DNA of 64,000 nt from Leucoraja ocellata (lineage: Eukaryota). How positions within the stretch are numbered: position 1 is the stretch's first letter; each line of letters begins with the position of its first letter. The notes under the pieces are model-generated. The model had not been told where the DNA came from, made no database searches, and saw nothing but the letters and a program-made list of their open reading frames with translations. Position numbers and translations under genes: made by a program. The stretch covers positions 558,001 to 622,000 of the forward strand of contig JAWMAR010000131.1 in assembly GCA_036785375.1 (NCBI GenBank). The letters run 5' to 3'. Below are positions 37,860 through 51,242 of the stretch, in pieces.

Positions 37860-37955
37860 GTACACAAAAATGCTGGAGAAACTCAGCGGGTGCAGCAGCA
37901 TCTATGGAGCAAAGGAAATAGGCGAGGTTTCGGGCCGAAACCCTTCTTCAGACTA
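37860..37955 (-). mobile_element. PLE terminal-repeat remnant (UUCG-loop variant) with 13-bp TSD
   Basis: Flanked by tagtattaatgta on both sides. Confidence 0.85.
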
Positions 37956-38053
37956 GTATTAATGTAGATTCTTTTTATTTCCTCAGTTTGAAACAGGGTA
38001 TTGACTTAATCAGCAAATGCCCAAAATAAATTGCTACAGGGGAGTTGATGTGG

Positions 38054-38345
38054 TAGACACAACATGCTAGGGTAACTCAACGGGTCAGGCAGCATCTCTG
38101 GAGGAAAGGAATAGGTGACGTTTCAGGTCGAGTCCCTTCATCAGACTGAACTTCAGGGAGGGGGACACGAGAGGTTTGGGAAGGTACAGAGCAAAGCAGA
38201 GCCTGCATCAATGAGTCTGGAAAGGTGGAGCCCACAACAGTCCAATGTTAGCTGGGGATGAGGTGATAACGAAGGAAGACAAAGGATGAGATTAGCAAGA
38301 GGACTCGGGTGGGGGATGGACGGAGAGAGAGAGAGAGAGAGAATT
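38054..38345 (-). mobile_element. PLE 3' region with an intact CUGAUGA/GAAAC/GUC hammerhead core
   Basis: The reverse complement of 38111-38150 is ttcagt-CTGATGA-agggactcgacct-GAAAC-GTC-acctat. Confidence 0.8.
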
Positions 38346-39629
38346 TGTTCTTCATGGCCAAATGTTCAAGGATGAATTGCTGGAACTTTTAGGTTGCTAA
38401 TCCACTTTCTTCCCATGTTTAAGGCATGGTGAACAATTTCATTAGTGTCAACTGCCGGCCAGTTCTTCACCCTAATCACCATTTTTCATGTGCGAGTGGA
38501 TGAAGTGTTAATAGGGTATTTACACAATGTAAGGTTGTTTTCACCCCCAACTCTGATACTAGCTGAAGTTCTCAATATCATTACAATTGATAAAGCTAAC
38601 ACACAGGCACATATGATTGTTATTTTTTCACCCTAGGCTGTATACCTTTAAACAGCTATCAGGAGATCCATACAGACTCGATTCAAGTCACCAGGCAGGT
38701 ATAAAATGATAGCTTTCAAAGGACAACACTGCACATCACAATGCGATTTTGAACATCAAAGCTGGATAAATGAAACACCAAGTTAAATAAAACAAAAATG
38801 CTGCCAACAAATTGCAAATCATTAATTTTTTTTTTAAAAACGACCTTATTTCATTCTGCTATATTTTAAAGACAGTCTTTCAAAGCCGGTACAGGGACAG
38901 CAGTGCAAATATTTCACCACATGTGACTGCATTTTAGACAGTCACATTAAGAGATCTAGCCTAAAGGTACAATAAATATAGTTTTTTGGAAAGCATAGAA
39001 GTATAAATTGTGTCATGCCCAGAGGGTGAAAGAATACGGAATGTGGTTGCGATGGTAAGTATTTAAAGGACACATGGCTGTGTCCTTTAGGAAGAGTTAT
39101 TAATGACTATTTCCAACTGTTCAGATGTGATGCATTTTAACTAGGTAGAAGTTATAGCGTTGTGTAGCGAGTAGATCTTTGAATACACCTATTTTGTGTC
39201 AACACCAACATTTACTGTATAGTGGGTCTAACCCTGCGTGTAAAATTGTTAAGCCCCGACATTGATTTAATGGCACAAAGTAAAATTAAGACACATCCTG
39301 CAGTTACAGCCTCAGCTCAAATCTTGCACCTCCTTGTAGGTTAGCATCGTAATACCATTTGATGTGTTTCTTAATGGTATTTTGCATTTCCATGGCAGAG
39401 AGGTGTGGCGTATTTTAATTAATTTAATTCGCAGCTTATGTTCGAAATGCTGTCAAGCAAGGAGATGATTTCCGAGTTTAACATTTACCCAATAAATGAA
39501 AGAAACATTTAATACGCAGCAGACGCTGGAAATCTGAAATAAAAGGAACTCAGCAGGTCAGGCTGCATCAGTGGAAAGAGAAACAGGATTAAACATTTGG
39601 TGATAAGGCCACTTGATCAAAATTAAGAA

Positions 39630-39924
39630 AGGTGGCACAGTGAAACAGCGGTAGAGTAGCTCCTTGCAGCGCCAGAGACCCAGGTACAATCCTGGCTGTA
39701 GGGAGTTTGTACGTTCTCCCTGTGACTGCATGGGTGTTCCCCGGGTGCTCCGGTTTCCTCCTACACTCCAAAGGATTAAAGTTTTGTAGGTTAATCAGCT
39801 TCGGTAAAAAATTGTAAATTACCCCTGGTGTGTAGGATAGTGCTAGCCTGCAGGGATGGCTGGTCGGCAAGGACTCTGTGGGCCAAAAAGCCTATTTCTG
39901 CGCTGTCTCTCTAAACTAAACTAA
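39630..39924 (+). mobile_element. HE1/V-SINE-type SINE
   Basis: ggtggcacagtgaaacagcggtagag…gagtttgtacgttctccctgtgact…ctaaactaaactaaa. Confidence 0.85.
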
Positions 39925-40677
39925 AAGAGGAAAAACTAGTTTTAAGTTGCATAGATGGTGAGAGATGGCAAGAACAAAAGGAGTATCTATGAAAGAGCGA
40001 GGTCAATATTGTCCTGAGATAAGTTGCAGATATCTACCAGTCAGTCAATGGGAACCGCTAGAGTGAGCAAAAGGTGGAACAAAATTGATGAGAATGAGGA
40101 GAGAGCACAAAGGCACATAAGAGGGGTGTAAATTACAGGGCTATAGGACATGCCCACCGAGTTGGGATGTGTTAACGACGAGAGAAAAACTGAGCTTGTA
40201 TCACAGATAGATGACTCACTGCAGAAAGGGTCATTTCTGATAGATAAAAATTGGACAGAGTATGCAGAAACAAGTAAATGTGGATGCTGGTTTACACAAA
40301 AAGACACAAAGGTGCTGGAGTAACATAGTGAATCTGGCAGCATCTCTGGAGGACATGGATCGGTGATGTTTTGGATCGGGACCCTTCTTCAGACTGAATC
40401 TGACTAATTTGACCTTGCAGAACTCAATATCAAGGCAAAAAGGCTGCAATGGGCACCAGAGGAAGAAGTGGTATTCCTCAGTATTATAACTGTTGCGACA
40501 GAGCTACGAAGAACTGTAGATGCTGGCACCTTGAGCAAAACACAAAATGTTATAATAACTCAGTGGGTCAGGCAACATCTGTGTGGAAATGGATAGGCGG
40601 CAGTTCAGAAGAAAAGCCCTGACCTGAAAGGTTATCTATTTATTCCCTCCACGGATGCTGCCCGTCCAGCTGATTAC

Positions 40678-40990
40678 TAGCCCTGTCCCATGGTGCGAGT
40701 TCATTCTAAGAGCTCTCCCGAGTTAAAAAAACAAAACAAACTCGTGGTAAGCACGGAGAATGAACGTAGCGGGTGCATTGGAGCTCAGGGACATCTCTTA
40801 GCGCTAACGGCAGATACTCGGGAAGACTCTCTAATGGCAGGTAAGCACGGGAAGACTCGTGAAGATTTTTCAACATGATGAAAAATGTCCACGAGACCCC
40901 TGAGTGGCCATTACCGTAAATCTCCGAGTTCGAATCAGGGCAAACTCGGGAGAACTCTTGGAATGAACTCGTAACGTGGGACAGTGGTTC
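40678..40990. mobile_element. Non-autonomous DNA transposon (PIF/Harbinger-like MITE) nested in a PLE remnant
   Basis: ~45-bp TIRs (ccctgtcccatggtgcgagttcattctaagagctctcccgagtt / aactcgggagaactcttggaatgaactcgtaacgtgggacagtgg); 3-bp duplication TAC; splits gctga(g)ttac|tccagc. Confidence 0.75.
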
Positions 40991-41185
40991 TACTCCAGCA
41001 TTTTGTGTTTTGCAACAGTTGCAACAGTTGCTAAATCAGAGTGGGATGGAGATTAGCAGGGAGAATGAATTCCCTCTGTAGATTGATTCTGGCATTCCGT
41101 GAAACTGTCACCAAGTTAATGTTTAGTTTCTCCAACCATAGCAACTAAGTGACAAATGGATGGCCATAGTGGTGCAGCGGTAGAG

Positions 41186-41394
41186 AATGGGATTGAATTT
41201 GAATTGAATTGAATAAATTTTACTAGCCAAGTATGTATACATACAACAAACTTGCCTTGGTGCTTTGCTTGCAAGGATAACAACATGATACACCGCGGAC
41301 AATTAAAAATAAAAAGTTCTAATTTAAACAGGTGTAGAATGGAATAAAATAAAATACCAGAGCAAAAGGAGCTGTAAGTTGTAAGGAAATGTAA
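41186..41394 (-). mobile_element. LINE 3' tail (L2/Rex-Babar-like) with (AATTC)n end
   Basis: gaattgaattgaataaattttactagccaagtatgtatacatacaa…gccttggtg. Confidence 0.55.
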
Positions 41395-41404
41395 ATTGCT
41401 GCCA

Positions 41405-41928
41405 TGCCCCTGTCCCACTTAGGAAACCTGAACGGAAACCTCTGGTGACCTTGTGTTCCACCCAAGGTTTCCGTGAGGTTCCCGGAGGTTTTGATCACTC
41501 TCCCTAATGGTCGAAAGTGGTTTCCGCATAGTCGAAGCTTCTTCTATGTTCCTGCGATTATTTCAACAAAATCAAAACCGGCCTTGACTAAAAATAGGTT
41601 GCCATTTGGTCGAAGCCAGTGGAGTGGGGTTGCTATTTACTTACAGGCAGTCTAAGGCACTCTCCTTCGCTGACCGGCCATTTTGATTGGCTCATTGGAG
41701 TTTTCAGCAAAGATCCTATAGGATCTTTGGTTTTCAGGACCTAGAAGATCCGCCGGAAGGTAAAATGTCCGCTAACTTTATTAAACTTCTTAAAACTATC
41801 TCCACTCCTTCTCCCCCACCCCCTTCTCCCCCTCCCTATAGGACTTACCGTGGTCTGTGGCAGCCGTTTACCTTCCTCTTCACCGCGCAGACAGTGCTCG
41901 TCCACTCTCCATGGCCCCCACCTCCGCG

Positions 41929-41988
<60 letters not shown>

Positions 41989-42158
41989 GCGGTTGGTAGC
42001 AAAGATCCTGTAGGATCTTTGGTCAGTAGATGCAGCTCACGCTTCAGTCGAGGCTTTCCCGGCGAGTGACCAAAACTTCTGGCGACTCATGGAAACCTTG
42101 GGTGGGGCGCAAGGTCACCAGAGGATTCCGTTCAGGTTTCTTGTGTGGGACAGGGGCA
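41405..42158. mobile_element. Non-autonomous DNA transposon (PIF/Harbinger-like MITE) with ~95-bp TIRs
   Basis: tgcccctgtcccacttaggaaacctgaacggaaacctctggtgaccttg… / …caaggtcaccagaggattccgttcaggtttcttgtgtgggacaggggca, then TTA. Confidence 0.8.
41929..41980. repeat. (TG)n microsatellite inside the MITE
   Basis: Directly visible. Confidence 0.95.
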
Positions 42159-42419
42159 TTACAGTGCTTGCAGCGCTGGAGACCTGGGTTCAATCCTGAC
42201 AATGGGTGCTGTCTGTATGGAGTTCTCCCCGTGACTGTGTGGGTTTTCCCCGAGATCTTCGGTTTCCTCCCACTCTCCAAAGACGTACAGGTATGTAGGA
42301 TAATTGGCTTGGTGAATGTGTATATTGTTCCTAGTGTGTACTGTTAATGTACAGGGATCGCTAGTCGGTGCGGCCGAAGGGCCTGTTTCTATGCTGTATC
42401 ACTAAACTAAATTATAGCA

Positions 42420-42662
42420 ATTATTTCATCAGAGGGTGGTGAAACAGCAGAATTCATTGCCATTGACTGATGCGGGGCCAAGTCAATAGATATTTTTAAG
42501 GCAAGATTTGGCCGATTCTTGATTAGCAAGGGTGTTGGAGGTTATGGGGAGAAGGTAGGATGACGGGGTTGAGAGGGTAAGATAGATCAGCCATGATTGG
42601 ATGGAGTAGACGTGATGGGCCGAATGGCCAGATTCTGCTCCTAAAACGTAGCAACTCATGAA
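42420..42662 (+). mobile_element. CR1 3' end
   Basis: cagagggtggtgaa…ttcttgattagcaaggg…gggccgaatggcc. Confidence 0.8.
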
Positions 42663-43539
42663 GAGATGACACTGTGAACGTCACAATATATTAAGCTCTT
42701 CTCTGCAACTTAAACCAAACTTGTTTCCCTATTCCGTCAAATAATTTTTGACTCAAAATCTCAACTGTTTCTTTTTTCACAGATGCTGCCAGACCTACTG
42801 TTTATTACTTTTTGTACTTGTTAATAAAGTACAGGATAGAGCCTCACGTAAGCCACAGGGGCTCCATCCTTTGGTAATAAACAGAACTGCAACATCTAGA
42901 TTCCCCAACACTTCTTTGAACATCTTCGATGTACATTGTGCACCATTCAACTGCAAGGTACCAACCAGAAATAATCTTAAGGAATATAACAATTTTTGGA
43001 TTAAATGTGATAAAGTGAGAGGAGGAGATTTGCAAAGATAAAACAACATTTCTGCTTGATAATAATTTTATCAGATTGCAATGTTCTCCATCCATTGAGA
43101 GTCTCGAGTTTCTTTATTCAGAGAACAACAAATTCCAACATTGTACATTCAGAGAACATGTATTTAGAGAACAGCTTACAGATACTCATTCAGATATTTC
43201 AGCATAAACAGATCCAAGGAGAGCCCATTCAAAATTTCTAAACTTAAGGCTAAATGGAGAGTTTAAAGGGAACAAAAGGTAGGATCAAATTAAAAGAAAA
43301 ACCATCAATGGTACAAAGATTTGTGATATGCCCAAAAATGGGAAGATTTTAATTATCGTTGAAAACATTAGCGACGCAGTGGTGCTGGTTCCGAACTTCT
43401 GATATCCAGGAAAGGATAACTTGGACATGGAGAAAATAAATGAGAGAAATAGGTATGAAAAGTGCTTCTACAAATAGTAGTAAGTACCTGGACTGCACTG
43501 CCTGAGCAGTAGTTGAAACTGTGGCTTGAATTGCACAAA

Positions 43540-43746
43540 TATAGACACAAAAAGCTGGAGTAACTCAGCGGGTCAGACAGCATCTCTGGAGAAAAGAAAT
43601 AGATGACGTTTCGATTTGAGAAGAAGGGTCTTGACCCAGAACGTTATTTATTCCTTTTCTCCAAAGATACTGCCCGACACGTTGAGTTACTCCAGCTTTT
43701 TGTGTCTATCTTCGGTTGAAACCAACATCTGCAGTTCCTTCCTACA
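43540..43746. mobile_element. PLE terminal-repeat inverted pair with 13-bp TSD
   Basis: cttgaattgcaca on both flanks. Confidence 0.85.
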
Positions 43747-44273
43747 GACTTGAATTGCACAGGCATATTAGGCTGTGGACCAAGTGCTGGGAGATGGGAT
43801 CAATACAGAAGGTTGCCCAGTGGTTGGCATGGACATGTTGGGTTGAATGGACCGACCCATTTCCATCCTGTACGATTCCACAACCCCGACTGGAAAGTGA
43901 GGAAACAAATTAGTTATCAACTGAGAAAGTGACATTTAGCATGACATTTAGAATAACATTGCGTTCATGGAGAGTTTGAAATGAAAGGGAAATGGAGTTT
44001 TACAAATGTATTAGCGTTCTTTTGGAGATGTGATGAACAGAGTGAATAAAGATGTCAGTAGTGTAGTGCACTCAGATTTCCAAAGGGTAATTGACAATGT
44101 GCCAAGTAAAGAGTTCAGGCAATTTGAAAATAATATTATCCTGACTAACCAAGGTGGCGAATTAGAGTTGGTGTTACACAGCACAGACACTGACCTCCTG
44201 TCCCACCTCATTAATGTCAACCAAGATCAAGCTGGACTCATTTGTCATGTTTGTCCTGCTAAACCTCCACTAC

Positions 44274-44499
44274 CACCGCCATCAATGCATGGGCACCCTG
44301 GACAGTTGCCCGGGGCCCCACGAGCATAGGGGTCCCATGCTAATCTATGTATTGTAGAATGTTATTGTAGAACATGAAAACGGAGAAGAACATCGCAAGT
44401 GCATGACGGCATATTTGATTTGGCATAAATAAACTGGAAGTGTAGGGGCCCCAGTGCACTGCTTTGGGCACGGCCTATAATGCTGTTAAGACAGCCCTG
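44274..44499. mobile_element. hAT-type MITE inserted in a CR1 fragment (44170-44860, -)
   Basis: Ends …ttaagacagccctg; internal ggggcccc motifs; 8-bp TSD tccactac / tctactac. Confidence 0.7.
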
Positions 44500-47043
44500 T
44501 CTACTACCTATGTACAACCTAAATGTAATTAAAAACATTGTAATTATATCTGCTTCTACAGTTTCTTCTGGCAGCTTGTTCATTTCACTTGCCATCTTCA
44601 ATGTTAAAAAACGACCCCTTGGCTCCCATTTAAATCATTCACCTCTCTCCATAAATCTGCGCCCTCTAGTTTTAGGCTCACCTACTCTGGGAAATAGACT
44701 AAGATTCTGCAAGTCCTGCCCCCGTTTGACTTGGCAAAGTGCAACACTCTGCACTGTCGGAGGTAAATTCCATCTTCCATTCTTGGTCCACTTCATCTAG
44801 ATCCTGCTGTAATCTTCTTCACTGTCCACTACAATAATTTGGGCATCATCTGCAAAGTACTCTTTTCTAAACTGATATCGCATTGCTACATGGATTGTCT
44901 GTGCCATTTTACGGAATTTGGACCTAAAATATTATAGTCACATTGTACTTAAATTTTACTTTAAATATTTGCTATTGTACTTGAAATTGCAAGCTATGTT
45001 TTTAGACTTTTTTTTTAAAGTTTCAATTATGATGTTTGGAATACCCATGAGAAGCAATGCAAGGGATGACGAGATGAATCTTTTATTACCCTTTCCGGTT
45101 ATATAACAAGGGCCACAAGGTATCTCATTTCTTTATCCCAGTCTGCAATAGTACTGGGACATGACCTTGACATTTCACAGAAACCACTTACCCCAATGTA
45201 TGTAGCCAAGGGGGGAAAAACACTACATTAAAACCAACTTTCCAAATAATCAGCATTCACACTCTGTTTCAACACCAGGACAGTTAATCTACAGGGAGAC
45301 ATTGTCCACTCAGTCTTTTTGCTTCTGTTCATGGTTTGCCTTGTGGAAACCAATGTAACATAAAATAAAAATGAGGTGGGTTTATCTGAACTTTTACGAT
45401 GTAGCTCAGAATGGAATACAAGAGCGGAATCCAACCAACGCATGGATGGCAAATTACCATACTATAAAAGGTTTCAGTAGGTTAGAACTTGATTAAAATT
45501 GAACTCCTATATATGTAAGATTTTATTTAAAATCTGATAGCCCTGTTAACAATACAAATGATAATTAAAACTAATAAGAGGAAAGTGATTCCAAGTCTAG
45601 TCTAACATTTGCATTGACGGTTGTCTGTCTCCAAAGTAGGCTTGGAACACTTATATGCAATCCATAATCAGCATTACATCCAAATACCATACAGGATAAA
45701 TATTCATTTAATGTTAAGATTTTGGTTGCTGTTGTATTCAACTTGAACATTATAAAAGTACACTCCCAGCCGGAAGCTGTCATAGTGCAGCAAATTCATT
45801 TAAGATTAATTAAAATTTGAGCGGTAAATTCCTAGCTTGTGCAATGTCAAAGCACAAAGGCTGAGCCACTCAATTCTAACAGACAATATAAATGATAATA
45901 TTAGTAGTGGTTCTTACATCATCCACTTGGCTGCAAAGCAGTGTCTTTCAAAATTACTTGGAATCAGTCATTCATTTAAAATGCCATTTCAGAGTCTTAG
46001 AAACAATTTATCTGCTTCTTCAGTGTAGTTCTGAGGCAATGCAGCAGAGTCTGAGATGCTTTCCTTTAGATACAAAGTGCTGGAGTAACTCAGGTCAGGT
46101 GAACATGGTTAGGTGCATGTAAGGAAAGACATTGACAAGCGAATCCTTTGATTACTATGACATGTCCAATTTGATATTTTATTTCCTGTGTGCTGGGATG
46201 AGGATGGAGTGGTTGTGCATTTGTGCAGACGGCCCAAGCCTTCTGATCAAAAGAGCTTGGGGGAGTTAGATAAGGTGCATAGCATGACGAATCAGCCGGG
46301 GAACAGAGGAGACTGTTGAAAGAAAGTGATGTGCAGACATGCACATATTCAAGGGGTGCAAAGTCGTCTTGGGGAATATTTGTAATTGAGACTTCACCCT
46401 TAGTCTGGGTCGTAACTGGTACCAGGGAAAACTGCAAGCACACTGTGGACTAAGCCATCCGATCTTGAAGGGGGTCCACCAGGCATCATTAAGTACAAAT
46501 GTTTCAACTGTTAGAAAGGTTGCAAAGATATGTCTGCGTGTTCTCAGCTTCCAAAAACAAATAGTCACGGTCAAAAGTTACGCAGTACTGGACCATTACA
46601 TTGATGCTTCAGATCAGGATCCTGACCTGAAACATCACCTATCCATACTCTCCAGAGCTGCAGCCTGACCTGCTAAGTTACTCCAGCACTTTGTGCCTTT
46701 TTTGTAAGTTCCTTGTATCTACTTCTATGTTTTCTTTCAGCCAAGGCGCAAAACCATGGCCCATCCATCCTCTCAAATTGAGGATTACTCTCTGCAGGTT
46801 GTTAGTGGACACCATTTCTTCTCCGTCCTGACAAGGTTTTGCTTTCTGCCAACTGCCGAGTTGAACTTGCATTTATATTTGTCAGAGCTTCAACATCTCA
46901 CTGGTTGCAAAACACTTTGGAATGTTGAGAGGAGGCATTAAATTAAAACTACCCTTTATAGAAGTTTGTGTATTTAACTCTACGCTATTTCACAATCACA
47001 TAGGTTGGATATGTCACTCCAGTACTATTTGAAAGACACACGG

Positions 47044-47276
47044 CGGGCGGGTGGGCAGAACAGTGGCCCAGCAGTACGGAGTTTGTACGTTCTCCGCGTG
47101 GGTTTTCTCCGGGTGCTCCAGTTTCCTCCCACACTTCAAAGACGTCCAGGTTTGTTGGTTAATTAGCTTCGGTAAAATTGTAAATTGTTCCGAGTGTGCA
47201 GGATAATGTTAGTGTACGGGGTGATTACTGGTCAACTGAAGGGCCTGTCTCTGCACTGGATCTTTAAACTAAACTA
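47044..47276 (+). mobile_element. HE1/V-SINE-type SINE (internally deleted)
   Basis: gagtttgtacgttctcc…ggtttgttggttaattagc…gaagggcctgtctctgcactg…taaactaaact. Confidence 0.8.
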
Positions 47277-47699
47277 ATATTAAATGCACAACTGTTTCAG
47301 CTAAAATTACAAACCTAGGTCCTACAACATATTCTGCTGGATGGTGATTTGATTACAGGTCTTGAGATCATTTTGCTTCACTTCCCGACCTAGATCCCCC
47401 CCATTTATCAACAAGTAGCTCAAGTCTTATTGCTGCTCGAGAATACCCAGAAGAATTATATTTGCCACTACAACTGACACCAAATCTGTGAAGATTCATT
47501 GCATCACATGCTTCAGGATATTTTAAGATGAAGGCTGCCATTTCAGTGTGGTATTAATAATAAATGGAAAGAGAAGGATTAGATCGGCCCAGTGAATAAT
47601 TGAAAATAGCATTGGGCTCGTTGGAGGGCGAAAGAATAGAGGAGCTGAAAATTCCAAAGTCAACAGGGCCACATGAAATAGATTTGAGAAACAAGCAAT

Positions 47700-47966
47700 G
47701 ACTTTAGAGTCAGCTCACATGGCCCATCAAGCCCCCAGTGCTCTCCCCATACACAAGCACTATCCTACACGCTAGGATCAATTTATAATTTCTCGAAGCC
47801 AATTAAACTACAAACTTGTACATCTTTGGAATGTGGGAGGAAACCAGACCACATGGTCACAGGGAAAATGTAACCCCCACCCCATACAGACAGCACCTGT
47901 AGCCAGGATCACACCCGGGTCTCTGGCACTGTGAGGTAGCAACTCCACTACTGCGCTCCTGTGCCT
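47700..47966 (-). mobile_element. HE1/V-SINE-type SINE
   Basis: Family motifs on the reverse strand. Confidence 0.75.
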
Positions 47967-49039
47967 ACCCTGGTTTGGAAGAGCCAATGGAAACCTGCTC
48001 GTTGGACTTTTGTGGATGCGAAATAGAAATATATTGTAGGAAATATAAATCCCGCTGCAAAAAAATTAATGCCCAATCGCTGGGAGCTCAGTCAGCCAAG
48101 GAAATATTATTTACTAGACAACCATTGACCTCACTCCAACAATCTCCTTCTTGTGTTAACCACAAACGAAAAGGACAGTGTTGTATCTTCTTGTAGATCT
48201 AATGATTTGGACACCTCCCATCTCAGCATCAACGAAACAAGGTTCTGAGATTCATTGTACATTAATCTGTTGTAACAGGCTACATTAAAATAATAATTTT
48301 AAATAGACCATGGAAATGCCATTTCTAAACAATTGTGCAAAGTATGCCTGTGACAGTTGGAACATTGCACAGAGTTGATGAAACAACGAGGTGCTACATT
48401 CCTGGGCCTCGGTACAAGCAGGTGCGGTGCCTTTTTTCCTTTGCAATTATTACATTTGGAGTTAGTTGGCAAGAATTAATTTTGTCGCTTTAGATAATAA
48501 AGCTTCCAAGTTCACTCTTTGTAAGGCTGTACTAATCAATTATAGGCTGTTTTCCAATCAAAATGGTGGAAGTAAAATATTACAACGCACAATTCATAAA
48601 AGAAAAACTATATAAAGTAGTTTTGTTCTCCTGATAGTTGGACAGACTAGAAAATGGGATGATATACAGTATGTTTTGAATTATATTGTCTTCAATGTCT
48701 GGTTGATAAGTATCTCGTTGATAACAGAATGACTTATCATATGCAAAATGGTTGGGTTTTAATTCATTTTCCTCTGCCTTTTATAATCTGAGCATTAGAG
48801 GTAATTATATATTTTGCAAGGACAGAGCCCTGTGAATGCATGTGCATCATTTAATACCATTAAGGAATATGTAAAGTTGATTTGCTTGTGCTCCATGACT
48901 AATACATGGTGAAGGCAAATTAAGTTTGAACTAATCATTATAGCAGGATGTATTAAACTAGAACTATTAAATCTGCCTTATTATGTAAACAATTGAATTT
49001 AATAAAGCAGCATCAGATACGGGGATTCTTTTCTTTTTA

Positions 49040-49298
49040 ATTTAGATAGATTAGAGATATAGCGTTGAAACAGGCCCTTCGGCCCACGATAACCAGTGTT
49101 GATCACCTGCACATTAGTTCTATCCTACACACTACAGGCAATTTACAGAAGCCAATTAGCTTATAAACCTGCACGTCTTTAGAATGTGGGAGGAAACCGG
49201 AGCACCCGGAGAAAGCCCATGAGGTCACAGGGAGAACGTACAAACTCTGTTTGACCAGCAGTTGAAGTCAAAATCGAACCCGGGTCTCCGGTGCTGTA
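49040..49298 (-). mobile_element. HE1/V-SINE-type SINE
   Basis: aaacaggcccttcggcccac…tgtgggaggaaaccggagcacccggag…gaacgtacaaactc. Confidence 0.85.
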
Positions 49299-50544
49299 TT
49301 TCGAAACTATAAATGAATGTTAATGTTCTAAACCATGAAAGCTTTTATACATAAAGTAAGATTTTCAATATTATTTCAGGTTAAACAGCGGTAACCCACT
49401 CAAATGTTTTTCCACGCCTATCAAATATGACCCGTTATAATGTCTAACATTAATTAATTGCCATTTATAATGGATTAACTTTTGTAAAGCAGTGATTGTC
49501 CTCCAACATAGACTGCAGTTTAGATGCACTTGTGCCCAAGGGACTTGAATCGGCAACTACCCTACTTCACATTCACAGACTTGACACAAGCACAGAAATG
49601 CTGAAGTGCTGGACTGTTGAAGGCCCCACCTGTGGGATGAGACTATGAACAAGAACACATCCATTTGTTCTCACAGGGGCATATGAGGTTTACCAAGCAG
49701 TGGAACATATGGTCGGCTAATCAGCGATTCCACAGAGGATGTCTGCCTAGCTGCTGCACCAGAGTGGAGGTCAAATGGGCGCTGAGTAATACTCCAAGCC
49801 AAGGCATTGGATGCACTTTGTACCTGGCCTCTCAGTTTTAAGTCGGCTGCAGTTGGCAGTCTTACTGTAAGCCTGTCCAGTTAAATGGAGACCATAAGTT
49901 ATAAAGCTAAGTTTAACAGAGTCTTTTGTTGATTTGTCTTTATTTTTCTCTGGATAATTATGTTTTGTTTTTAATTAATTTATTTTTTTATAAACTTGCA
50001 AAATCACTTCCAGACATTTTTGAAAGTGCTCGATTATGAGACATTTAAAAAGCGAAACAGAACTTGCGCAACACAAGCTGTCGGACCCTGTCAGGGCTAG
50101 GGCAGCTACTCAGTGTGCATCGTGCAGCAGCCCAGTTGCCTGATGCATCCACAGGACAGTCACAGAACAGAGGCCTTGACTTGGGTGGGAAATCTGGGCA
50201 CTTTAAACATTTCAAGGAGTATTTATTCCACATATTATATTCCTATGCACAGGATCTGACTGTGTGCATCTTGACTGCTACATTCTGTTGATTAAAGCAT
50301 TGACTGCAATTTAAACATTCTGTGGAGCCCTGAGGAAGGTATTACATTAATGCATGTTGCTCTTTTGCTTGCTACAAGATGCTAAGTGCCATAAAAATAA
50401 CCATTAGGAAACATTAATTTGAACTTCAGTTACCAGTGAATTTCATTTACATGTCTTTATAGGTGTACAAGGAACTTGCATTATTACATGCACACAAATA
50501 GTATGAGTATTTAAAGTCTACCCTTTAATATTGGATGTTCAAAA

Positions 50545-50815
50545 GTTATATGAGCAGAATCGGGCCCTTTGGCCCATCAAGTCTACTCTGCCATTCAATC
50601 ATAGCCGATCTATCTTTCCCGCTCAATCCCATTCTCCTGCCTTCTCCCCATAACCTCCAACACACGTACTAATCAAGAATCTGTCAATCACAGTCTTAAA
50701 AATATCTATTGACAGCCTCCACAGCCATCTGTGGCAAAGAATTCCAGATTCACCACCCTCCGACTAAAGCAATTCCTCCTTATCTCCTTTCTAAAGGTGC
50801 GTTCTTTTATTGAGG
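50545..50815 (-). mobile_element. CR1 3' end
   Basis: ggcccatcaagtctactctgccattcaatc…ttcaccaccctccgactaaag. Confidence 0.85.
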
Positions 50816-51071
50816 ATGTGTCATACATTGGTCAATAAAGGATTGCCAATCTGATCACAGACCTCTATGAATGCAATTCAAAACCATACCCATGACCCCA
50901 ATTTAAGGAATGTTACTCAGTTTCCCTCTTTCCACACACAACTCTAACCATTCTAACATCTGCAAGGTTGAGAACTCAGCAATTGGACAAAGAACAAAGT
51001 GCTAACATCCCACCTCCCCACTGTAAAATAAACTTTAGAGTTTACACTTTGACAATACAACAGTTTAATAT

Positions 51072-51242
51072 ATAGACATAAAATACTGGAGTAACTCAGC
51101 GGGACAGGCAGCATCTCTGGGGAGAAAGAATGGGTGACTGAAGGAATGTCTCGGCCCAAAGCGTCTCCCATTTCTCCTGAATTACTCCAGCATTTTGTAT
51201 CTGTCTTCGGTCTAAACTAGCATCTACAGTTCCCTCCAACAC
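51072..51242. mobile_element. PLE terminal-repeat inverted pair
   Basis: Flanks cagtttaatatat / cagattaatatat. Confidence 0.8.

Larger units (their letters stand above)
41160..42411 (+). mobile_element. HE1/V-SINE-type SINE interrupted by two nested insertions
   Basis: Head gtggtgcagcggtagag (41169-41185), ttgctgcc (41396-41403), resuming at ttacagtgc…ggttcaatcctgac (42159 onward). Confidence 0.8.

Noticed and set aside
39630-39700. tRNA-like A/B boxes (also at 3000-3080, 41160, 52334)
   Set aside because: These are SINE heads continuing into SINE body and tail, not tRNA genes.
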